Positions 42,190 through 49,467 of a DNA stretch of 64,000 nucleotides are shown piece by piece; within the stretch, counting starts at the first letter, position 1; the number at the start of each line of letters is the position of its first letter. The notes under the pieces were generated by a model. That model saw nothing but the letters and a program-made list of their open reading frames with translations, was not told the DNA's origin and searched no databases. The stretch comes from an uncultured bacterium (GTDB lineage Bacteria; Desulfobacterota_D; UBA1144; Nemesobacterales; UBA2774): positions 1,824,001 through 1,888,000 of the forward strand of contig CAWGRW010000009.1 in assembly GCA_963825135.1 (NCBI GenBank). The letters are read 5' to 3'. Position numbers and translations under genes: made by a program.

Positions 42190-43125
42190 TTACCGGTTAT
42201 GTCCGGCAATCTTGTCGCACGTACATTTGTAGCGGTCGACCGGCAGAGCCTCTATGATCTCTTTCATGTGGTCGGATTTATTGAGCACGTAAAAATGAAT
42301 GCCGGGTACGCCGCGCGCGAGGAGATCTTTGGATTGCTCTATGCACTGCGCTATGCCGACTGCACGGGCCCTTTCATCATCATCCTTGCATGCGTCGAGC
42401 CTGTCCTTAAGACCCGCAGGGATTGAGGCGCCGCACATAGATGTGATCCTCTCTATCTGGTTCACGGAGAGTATGGGCATCAGTCCCGGAACTATCGGCG
42501 CGGTGATTCCGTGCGATTTCGCTTTTTCTACAAAGTCGAAATAATAGCGGTTATCGAAAAAGAGCTGTGTTATAACGACGTCTCCTCCGGAATCGATCTT
42601 CCGCTTGAGGTTAATGATGTCGGTGTCGATATCGGGGGCTTCAGTATGCTTCTCGGGGTAACCGCCCACGGCGATTCCGAAGTATCTGCAATTGAGCTTC
42701 CTTTCCTCGAACTGGCGTATATGCCGTACAAGCTCGTAGCCGTATTTATAGCCGTCGGCATGCTGTTCGAACCCCCCCGACGCCGAAGGGGTGTCGCCCC
42801 TGATTGCGACTATGTTTTCGATACCCGCTTCGTATATCCGTTCCAGCATCCGGTCGAGCTCGTCCCTGGAGGCCCCTACGCAAGTTAGGTGACAGGCGGT
42901 TTCCACGCCGAACCGGTTTTTTATTATGGACGCAATTTCAAGGGTCCTCTTCCGGGTTGAACCCATCGCCCCATAGGTCACTGTAATGAAATCCGGGCTT
43001 AGGACGACAAGCTCCTCAAGTACCTTCTCCAAGTTCACCATCCCCTTTTCCGTTTTGGGAGGGAAAATTTCGAAAGAGATTACGGGCTTTTTACCGCCAT
43101 ATTTAAAGTATTCCGGAAGACGCAT
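42190..43125 (-). CDS. metF: 5,10-methylenetetrahydrofolate reductase
   Basis: SFEIFPPK, VTYGA.GS, HLTC, RGD, ITQLFFD and HFYVLN. Confidence 0.96.
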   Translation of the reverse strand: MRLPEYFKYGGKKPVISFEIFPPKTEKGMVNLEKVLEELVVLSPDFITVTYGAMGSTRKRTLEIASIIKNRFGVETACHLTCVGASRDELDRMLERIYEAGIENIVAIRGDTPSASGGFEQHADGYKYGYELVRHIRQFEERKLNCRYFGIAVGGYPEKHTEAPDIDTDIINLKRKIDSGGDVVITQLFFDNRYYFDFVEKAKSHGITAPIVPGLMPILSVNQIERITSMCGASIPAGLKDRLDACKDDDERARAVGIAQCIEQSKDLLARGVPGIHFYVLNKSDHMKEIIEALPVDRYKCTCDKIAGHNR

Positions 43126-43155
43126 GATCGACCTGTTTCCGACTATAAACAGTTA

Positions 43156-43184
43156 ATTCTTTCACCTCCATGCATGTTTGTCAA
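43156..43184 (-). promoter_or_regulatory. Putative sigma70 promoter for metF-ubiE
   Basis: Minus strand TTGACA, 17-nt spacer, AAGAAT with an extended TG. Confidence 0.45.
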
Positions 43185-43221
43185 TAAAAGCCGATAGTGG
43201 TTATCAAATAAATTATACTTC

Positions 43222-43434
43222 TTGGAGCCAAACGCGTTCCGAGCTTTCGTAGACTCTTTTGTTTTGACATTGGTTCTGGTCGCCATGTGACCGTACGGCA
43301 TACGGTCCTCCGGTATTGCTGCCGGCCTCCCTTCGACGATCTCTATCCCGGGTCTTGTCTGTTCCTCCGATGTCCTTTGCTATCGTACTGAGTCGGTCTC
43401 ATAGCGTTTTCAACGGACGGGTCGGATAACAGCC
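43222..43434 (-). ncRNA. Candidate structured non-coding RNA (family unassigned; strand uncertain)
   Basis: Nested complementary segments and two hairpins; upstream minus-strand TTGAAG-N16-TAGAAT; no convincing ORF. Confidence 0.35.
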
Positions 43435-43543
43435 GTCAATTCTACTTTCGTATCTGCAGACTTCAACGGAAGTCGCATTGACAGTTGATTCTTAATTTAT
43501 ACCCTATTAGCAATATGTGTTTAGATGGAGGAAAATATACTAC

Positions 43544-44770
43544 ATGACAATTTGCTATGTGACGCATTCGGCTCCCTGCGGTAAGGGTGAGGCCTTCATT
43601 GTTCAGGAAATAATTGAAATGAAAAAATATTTTCAAGTCGTTATAGTACCGATAAGACCGATAGGTGCGCCACAATACGAAGATGCACAACTCCTGGTGA
43701 AGGATTCGATAATATTGCCGTTGCTCAATATCAAAATCATTGCTTGTTTCATCTTAACAATTCTTACAAACCCTTTTCTAGTCATCAGTAACTTAATTAG
43801 TCTTATATCTGAAAGCAAATCTATGAAAGTATTCCTAAGGAATCTATGCATATTACCGAAAGCATTTTATGTTACGCGAGTATTAAAAGACAAGAAAATA
43901 CGGCACATCCATGCACATTGGTCATCGATCCAGGCTACATTTGGATTGATTGTTGCAAAGAATTTAGGTATTGATTTCAGTTTTACCGCACATAGGTATG
44001 ATATTGAAGAAAACAATATGCTCGGAAAAAAAGTATTAGAATCTTCTTTTGTCAGGACGATTTCAGAAATGGGTAAAAATAAGATTATTCGTCTTGCCAA
44101 TCCGGTGCAAGCGGATAAAAAGATCCATGTGATTCATATGGGGGTCGAAATCCCGCGATTCCACAGCGTGCCGAACAGCGAGAACACCGTTCCGATTATT
44201 GCATGCCCGGCAAACCTGGAAGAAGTTAAGGGCCACAGGTACTTGGTTGAGGCTTGCGCTATATTAAAATCAGCAGGATTAAAATTTCAATGTTTAATTA
44301 TCGGCACCGGCTCTCAACATCGCAGCATACAGAATTTAATTGAGAATAAGGGGCTTGAGAACGAGGTTTCGTTAGTGGGCTATTACCCGCACAGCAAGTT
44401 AATGGAATTGATGAAAAATCATGTTGCGGATATTGTTGTCTTGCCCAGCATCACTACGAAAGACGGTGCTTGTGAAGGAATACCTGTAACTTTGATGGAG
44501 GCAATGAGTTTTGGGATACCGGTCCTGTCGACAAGAACAGGCGGGATACCGGAACTTCTTCGGGAAGGCGGAGGGATCATGGTCGAAGAAAAAGATTCCA
44601 ACGCAATTGCGCAAGGAGTGCTCAAAATTTTAAGTGATGAAAATTTGAGAAGCAAATTAGCGAAATCAGGTTATGAGACAGTCAGTAATCATTTTAATAT
44701 CACTAATACCTGCAAAGAACTTTCATCCTTGATACAAAAGTATTGTACGAATGGAAAGTACCAACATTAG
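43544..44770 (+). CDS. GT4 glycosyltransferase (WcaL-like)
   Basis: HIHAHW, SFTAH.YD, EVKGH and EGIPVTLMEAM; ATG 43544 after GGAGG. Confidence 0.9.
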   Translation: MTICYVTHSAPCGKGEAFIVQEIIEMKKYFQVVIVPIRPIGAPQYEDAQLLVKDSIILPLLNIKIIACFILTILTNPFLVISNLISLISESKSMKVFLRNLCILPKAFYVTRVLKDKKIRHIHAHWSSIQATFGLIVAKNLGIDFSFTAHRYDIEENNMLGKKVLESSFVRTISEMGKNKIIRLANPVQADKKIHVIHMGVEIPRFHSVPNSENTVPIIACPANLEEVKGHRYLVEACAILKSAGLKFQCLIIGTGSQHRSIQNLIENKGLENEVSLVGYYPHSKLMELMKNHVADIVVLPSITTKDGACEGIPVTLMEAMSFGIPVLSTRTGGIPELLREGGGIMVEEKDSNAIAQGVLKILSDENLRSKLAKSGYETVSNHFNITNTCKELSSLIQKYCTNGKYQH

Positions 44771-44787
44771 AGGCGGCACTGCTGATA

Positions 44788-45426
44788 TTGAGAAGAATAC
44801 GAATTAACAAGATCTTCTACCTGCTTGCCTCGGCAATCGTCATTCTCTTTTTTAGCTGCCAGCAGGTTAAGGAGATTCCCGACAAAATCCCCGACCAGCT
44901 CCCTAACCCCGTGAAGGACTTTACTGAAAAGGATGATTATATTGTCGGGCTCAACTGGTATAAGCAGTTGAACTATCAAATTGCCGCTAAGTTCTGGAAG
45001 CCCCTTGCAAAGGAGGGCGACTGCGACGCCCAGTATGCTCTCGGTTTATTGTATTTCGAAGGCCTGGGAGTCGGTCAAAGCTTTGACAAAGCGATATATC
45101 TATGGACCCGGTCCGCCGACCAGGGCCAGGCTCAGGCCCAGATCAGCCTGGGTATTGTATATTCGAGATTGAGTCTGCCCTATACCTCACTCGATTGTAG
45201 AAGAGGGTGCGGCCAGGAAAAAGACCCTTTAAAAGCATATAGATGGTTCGGTATCGCGGGTGAGATCGGCTCCCCTCACGAAATGCAGGTTGCTCAGGAT
45301 TCGCTAAAGAAAATAGTCGTGGAAATGACACCCGAGCAGATTAAGGAAGGGGATGCGCTGGTTGATTCCTGGAAACCGGACCCGACCCGCTGCGACACCC
45401 GAGGTATCTTCATTGTAGCCCCGTAA
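44788..45426 (+). CDS. Sel1-like repeat lipoprotein
   Basis: Signal with FFSC lipobox; AQYALGLLY..G.GV..S..KA, SADQG...AQ..LG and KAYRWF repeats; start codon uncertain (TTG 44788). Confidence 0.82.
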   Translation: MRRIRINKIFYLLASAIVILFFSCQQVKEIPDKIPDQLPNPVKDFTEKDDYIVGLNWYKQLNYQIAAKFWKPLAKEGDCDAQYALGLLYFEGLGVGQSFDKAIYLWTRSADQGQAQAQISLGIVYSRLSLPYTSLDCRRGCGQEKDPLKAYRWFGIAGEIGSPHEMQVAQDSLKKIVVEMTPEQIKEGDALVDSWKPDPTRCDTRGIFIVAP

Positions 45427-45513
45427 TATCTCTTAATCCGTCATTCTTGCGACAGACCCGCCGGTTGAAAACATAAGCCAAATGATCATTTACTCTCGAT
45501 TTCATTTACATAC

Positions 45514-45541
45514 TTGACAACCTGTTTGAGTCTGTTATTAT
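45514..45541 (+). promoter_or_regulatory. Sigma70 promoter
   Basis: TTGACA (45514-19), 16-nt spacer, TATTAT with an extended TG. Confidence 0.6.
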
Positions 45542-45544
45542 GAT

Positions 45545-45566
45545 ATTGAAAATGATAATCAATACG
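45545..45566. promoter_or_regulatory. Fur-type box 1
   Basis: ATTGAAAATGATAATCAAT imperfect palindrome; 45548-45566 matches 15/19 of GATAATGATAATCATTATC; overlaps the expected TSS. Confidence 0.75.
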
Positions 45567-45649
45567 TATAAAGCTTCTTCGTGCTGATTAGTCGAGGATG
45601 GGGGTTATTTCTAGATACGCCTTTATTAACAAATGCAGGGAGGTTATCT

Positions 45650-45877
45650 ATGGGTTTCATGTGCGATTCCGATAAACCAATGGTCCTTTCGTCGTCGAAT
45701 ATAGGCAATATATCAAAATGCGGATGCTGTAATTTTTATCATCTCAACATAGGGAACGTTACACTCAGACTGGAGCATAAATATCTACTGACCCTAACGC
45801 AGATGATAATTGATGCTCTCGAGATTAACTCTGGCATACAGCGTGAATTTAGAAGACAACTCCGGAATCAGGCTTGA
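45650..45877 (+). CDS. Small Cys-rich protein (75 aa; resembles DUF6686-type proteins)
   Basis: GGGAGG RBS; MC...KCGCCNFYHLNIGNVTL; lies directly behind a Fur-boxed promoter. Confidence 0.7.
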   Translation: MGFMCDSDKPMVLSSSNIGNISKCGCCNFYHLNIGNVTLRLEHKYLLTLTQMIIDALEINSGIQREFRRQLRNQA

Positions 45878-45906
45878 ATACATTTGATCCGGTCGGATTA
45901 CTCCCT

Positions 45907-45964
45907 GGAGAAGGGCGGCCCCATGAATTAATGGTCCTATTACCTTAGCTAGCCGCCCTTCTCC
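45907..45964. repeat. Perfect 13-bp inverted repeat (terminator or stabilising hairpin)
   Basis: GGAGAAGGGCGGC (45907-19) / GCCGCCCTTCTCC (45952-64). Confidence 0.8.
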
Positions 45965-46161
45965 TTCTAAAATAATATTGAGTCAGGCTGGATGTGGGAT
46001 CGAGCCTAAAGTGAGATATGAGCATGAATCCATAAACCTGCGGACTGTCAGGCGAGGCAAAATACTTGCCCGCATCTCTCTGACATCGCCCCAGGTCGAT
46101 TAAGGTTCTGCTCATCCGGATTCTCAGGGGTCTAAAAATAATGATTATGAAATTCATTGTC

Positions 46162-46189
46162 TTGACAAAATCCGTGTTCTGGGTATGTT
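46162..46189 (+). promoter_or_regulatory. Sigma70 promoter of the porin operon
   Basis: TTGACA (46162-67), 16-nt spacer, TATGTT (46184-89). Confidence 0.6.
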
Positions 46190-46193
46190 GAAT

Positions 46194-46214
46194 TTGATAA
46201 CGATTATCAATACT
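46194..46214. promoter_or_regulatory. Fur-type box 2
   Basis: TTGATAA-CGA-TTATCAA with perfect arms; 46196-46214 matches 14/19 of the Fur consensus; lies at the TSS. Confidence 0.8.
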
Positions 46215-46233
46215 AAACCAGGAGGTGTGAAGG

Positions 46234-47793
46234 ATGGGTGAATTATTCATATGTTTCAGCGTTCGTTCGTTACGTTTGACGTTACTTCCTCTCTTTATTG
46301 TTTTGGTCTTATTGGCGTCGTCCGATGTCTTCTCGGAAGAATCGACTCAAGATCAGCCGGGGACGTCCCAAGGTTCCGACGTTTACCAAAAAATCAGGGC
46401 TCCGAAATCAGAAGCCGGCAATAAAAATACCGTAGTAGCTCAGAACAAGAGCGGTGTTCAGAACCAATCCCAGGATCAGAGGATTCAGGACCTGGAAAAT
46501 AAATTAAAGGGCGTAAGCGACGAGCTCCAGCAGCTTAAAGCCCAGGGGATTCCCGATGACAGGCTAGAGGCTATAGAACAGAAGCTGAGCGTACTCGCTG
46601 AGGAAATCGACAATATCAAGCAGGTATCCGTTGTTCCCGAGCCCACATATGAAAAGATGTTCGGGGCGGGCCCGGCTGCGTCTAAGGTCTATCTCTCGAA
46701 CAAGGGCTTATCCATCGGGGGGTACGGCGAGTTGTTGACGGGTCAGGCCGTTTTCGACGGGGATAATACCGTAGATACGCAGAGGGTCGTGCTTTATTTC
46801 GGTTATAAATTTACCGACAGAATTATTTTCAATTCCGAAGTAGAATTCGAGCACGCCTCCACGGAACTTAACGTCGAAGGATCGGAGGGCTCCGTTTCTG
46901 TCGAATTCGCCCTCCTCGATTTCCTTCTGGCGAAGGAAATAAATCTCCGCGGCGGGCTCCTGCTCGCTCCTTTCGGGATAATCAACGAGGTTCATGAGCC
47001 CACGACATTCTTCGGGGTTTTCAGGCCGGGGACGGAGCTGTTCGTCATTCCCACTACATGGAGAGAGAACGGTTTAGGCATTTTCGGAGACATCGATCTT
47101 AACAAGGCGGGTAATCTCAGCTATAAGGCATATGTAATGAGCAGCTTCGACGCCAAGGGGTTCATAGCTTCAAGCAACAGAGGCATCAGGTTCAATGGGA
47201 CCGAGGCCTCGTTCAACGACGTTGCGTTCGTCAGCAGAGCGGAATATAACCCTGTCCCCTATCTGACGGTGTCGGGTTCCGTATTCCTGGGCAATACCGG
47301 GCAGGGAGCGACTGTGGACAATCCGACGTCCGAGTTTAACGGACAAAAGGTTAAGGGATTCTTCCAGATGTATGAAGGGGACATCCAGTTTCAGTACGCG
47401 GGGTTTGAGGGCAGGGCGCTCGCAGTATTTACAAGGCTCGATGAAGCCGCCCTCATAAACGCGTTAAACGGGTTTGTCGGGGATGAGTCCGTGGGCAGCC
47501 AGCAGTGGGGGTACTATGTTGAAGGAGGATACAACGTCCTCACGCTCGCGAACTTCACGAGTCAGTACTTACAGTACCTGTCTCCGTTCGTCAGATGGGA
47601 TGCCTTCGATACCCAGGCGCATGTTCCTTCCGGGTTCGAGCGCGACCCCGCCAACAACAGGAAAGACCTGACGATAGGAATAAACTATAAACCTATCCCC
47701 CAGGTCGTCGTGAAAGCGGAGTATCAGTGGCTCGACGACAATGCCGGAGAGTCTCAGAACCAAATTAATTTCGGCCTTGGATACGTATTCTAA
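46234..47793 (+). CDS. Outer-membrane beta-barrel porin with N-terminal coiled coil
   Basis: Signal peptide, heptad region, SIGGYGE, NSEVEFEH, HEPTTF, IPTTWRE and terminal beta-signal FGLGYVF. Confidence 0.82.
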   Translation: MGELFICFSVRSLRLTLLPLFIVLVLLASSDVFSEESTQDQPGTSQGSDVYQKIRAPKSEAGNKNTVVAQNKSGVQNQSQDQRIQDLENKLKGVSDELQQLKAQGIPDDRLEAIEQKLSVLAEEIDNIKQVSVVPEPTYEKMFGAGPAASKVYLSNKGLSIGGYGELLTGQAVFDGDNTVDTQRVVLYFGYKFTDRIIFNSEVEFEHASTELNVEGSEGSVSVEFALLDFLLAKEINLRGGLLLAPFGIINEVHEPTTFFGVFRPGTELFVIPTTWRENGLGIFGDIDLNKAGNLSYKAYVMSSFDAKGFIASSNRGIRFNGTEASFNDVAFVSRAEYNPVPYLTVSGSVFLGNTGQGATVDNPTSEFNGQKVKGFFQMYEGDIQFQYAGFEGRALAVFTRLDEAALINALNGFVGDESVGSQQWGYYVEGGYNVLTLANFTSQYLQYLSPFVRWDAFDTQAHVPSGFERDPANNRKDLTIGINYKPIPQVVVKAEYQWLDDNAGESQNQINFGLGYVF

Positions 47794-47876
47794 ATCTGGT
47801 TAAATATAGCTTCCGGTGGGGGCGCGGCAGCCGGGACTCTGCGCCCTCATTATATTCGGACCCTCATGTCAATGAT

Positions 47877-48434
47877 ATGAAAACCGTATTCATTATTTTT
47901 CTCTGCCTGTTTATTTTTTCCACAGGCGCTCAGTCGAAAGTATTTATGAAAAGGGATGAAGCTCTTAAGGTTGCGTTCCCGGACGCGGACAGGATAGAGA
48001 AAAAGGATATCTTCCTCACCGATAAACAGGCGGAAGAAATTGAGTCGCTTTCGAAATCCAGGCTCAGTACCAGGCTGTATATTGTCTACGAAGGTGTTAA
48101 GGGGGATAAGGTCCTCGGATATGCTATAATTGACACGCACACTTTGAGGACTAAAACGGAAACGGTCATGTTTGTAATTAACACGGACGGCACACTGAGG
48201 CAGGCTGAAATTCTGGCTTTCTTTGAACCCCCCGATTATATGCCCGTTGACAACTGGATTGCTCTATTTTACGGGAAAAGTATCGGGGACTCACTTAAAC
48301 CGGGTAAAGATATACCAAATATGACAGGCGCTACGATAACATCCAACTCGCTGGCCCAGGCAATCCGGCAGATTCTTGCGCTTGCCAGAGTTGCTGTGAT
48401 TGGCGATGGAGCGGGAAACCGTACAGAGGAATAA
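47877..48434 (+). CDS. Exported FMN-binding domain protein
   Basis: Signal peptide ending AQS; PNMTGATITS contains the [S/T]GA[S/T] flavinylation motif. Confidence 0.82.
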   Translation: MKTVFIIFLCLFIFSTGAQSKVFMKRDEALKVAFPDADRIEKKDIFLTDKQAEEIESLSKSRLSTRLYIVYEGVKGDKVLGYAIIDTHTLRTKTETVMFVINTDGTLRQAEILAFFEPPDYMPVDNWIALFYGKSIGDSLKPGKDIPNMTGATITSNSLAQAIRQILALARVAVIGDGAGNRTEE

Positions 48435-48924
48435 TTTGCGATTCTTTATTTCCCCGGATATAAGAAAAAATTCACTTTTAAGACTCATAGTGGTCTTCAC
48501 AGTTCTTTTCTTCGTTTTGTTATGGGTTACCGATCTCCTCTTGTATCTCCAGATCGGCTTCAGCTACGACTCCGTAGTCGAGTATTACAAGGGCTCGGAA
48601 GCTAATTTCAGGCCCCCGAAAAGCTATCTCGGCATGCTTGAAGAAGCTCATTTCCACTTCTTTTCGATGGCCGTAATACTAGTGACCCTCAATCATTTGA
48701 TGCTATTCACAGCCCTGGGGAATTTCTGGAAGCTCTTGCTAATCGTTTCTTCGTTTTTATCAGCCCTTGGCGATATTGCGGGAGGATGGCTTATTAGATA
48801 CGTGAGCCCGGATTTCGCCTACCTGAAGATCGCATCGGTCTTGGTCCTACAGGCTTCCCTGGCGGCCCTTATGATTATTGTTATCCTGTATCTATACAGT
48901 GCACGCAAGGATTCTAACCCGTAA
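48406..48924 (+). CDS. Four-TM inner-membrane protein, possible b-type heme binder
   Basis: Four hydrophobic segments; EEAHFHFFSMAVILVTLNH has His residues 13 apart within one helix. Confidence 0.7.
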   Translation: MERETVQRNNLRFFISPDIRKNSLLRLIVVFTVLFFVLLWVTDLLLYLQIGFSYDSVVEYYKGSEANFRPPKSYLGMLEEAHFHFFSMAVILVTLNHLMLFTALGNFWKLLLIVSSFLSALGDIAGGWLIRYVSPDFAYLKIASVLVLQASLAALMIIVILYLYSARKDSNP

Positions 48925-49196
48925 TTTATTTTCCCTCACCTTTCCCGTGGGTCATTCTGCATCTTCTCTCTAGCAATAATCAAATAATTAATAAATCATC
49001 GCAGACGCTTAAAATAATATTCATAGTTAGAAAACGCCCTGACTAATCTTGTCACGAATAAGCGATTGGTGACAAAATCTGACAATTTGGGTTCCAGGCT
49101 CGAATAATAGATGACATTTTATGGCATGTGAATGTCTATGTGATATTGGATACTTGTCTTCTAATATTTAAGACCATTATTTAAGTTTCAACCAAC

Positions 49197-49212
49197 TGGT
49201 ATGAAGATTGCA
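49197..49212 (+). promoter_or_regulatory. Sigma54 (-24/-12) promoter
   Basis: TGGTAT-GAAGA-TTGCA gives GG-N10-GC spacing, about 40 nt upstream of the riboswitch. Confidence 0.6.
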
Positions 49213-49250
49213 AGTAAGAGTTATATGTAAAAAGATTTAACTAGGCGAGT

Positions 49251-49349
49251 CCTAAACGATAATGGCAAACCATCCGAAAGGGTGGGACGCAAAGCCTTCG
49301 ACCTAAGTGCTGAGAAATCAGCATATGGTGGCCGGGTTACCGAAATAGG
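49251..49349 (+). ncRNA. c-di-GMP-I (GEMM) riboswitch
   Basis: GGCAAACCATCC-GAAA-GGGTGGGACGCAAAGCC...CCTAA...GGTGGCCGGGTTACCGA: GNRA loop, receptor and conserved GACGCAAAG core. Confidence 0.93.
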
Positions 49350-49467
49350 AAGATTGGTTCTAACCTGAGTATCTTTCCTATGTTGTTCTAACCTGCCTGC
49401 TGATAGCAGGGTCGAATGGAATGCTTCCCTCGAAAGGGTGGTCAAGCCTGAGAAAGGAGGCATTCAA

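Noticed and set aside
43126..43440. SAM-I, SAH, THF, c-di-AMP or T-box riboswitch, or tmRNA, upstream of metF
   Set aside because: Only fragmentary resemblances (TTATCC/GGATAG, CGGAGGAAC, terminal CTCCA); the diagnostic core motifs are absent
45945..46250. 101-aa minus-strand ORF
   Set aside because: It runs antisense across the porin promoter and Fur box, with no recognisable motif
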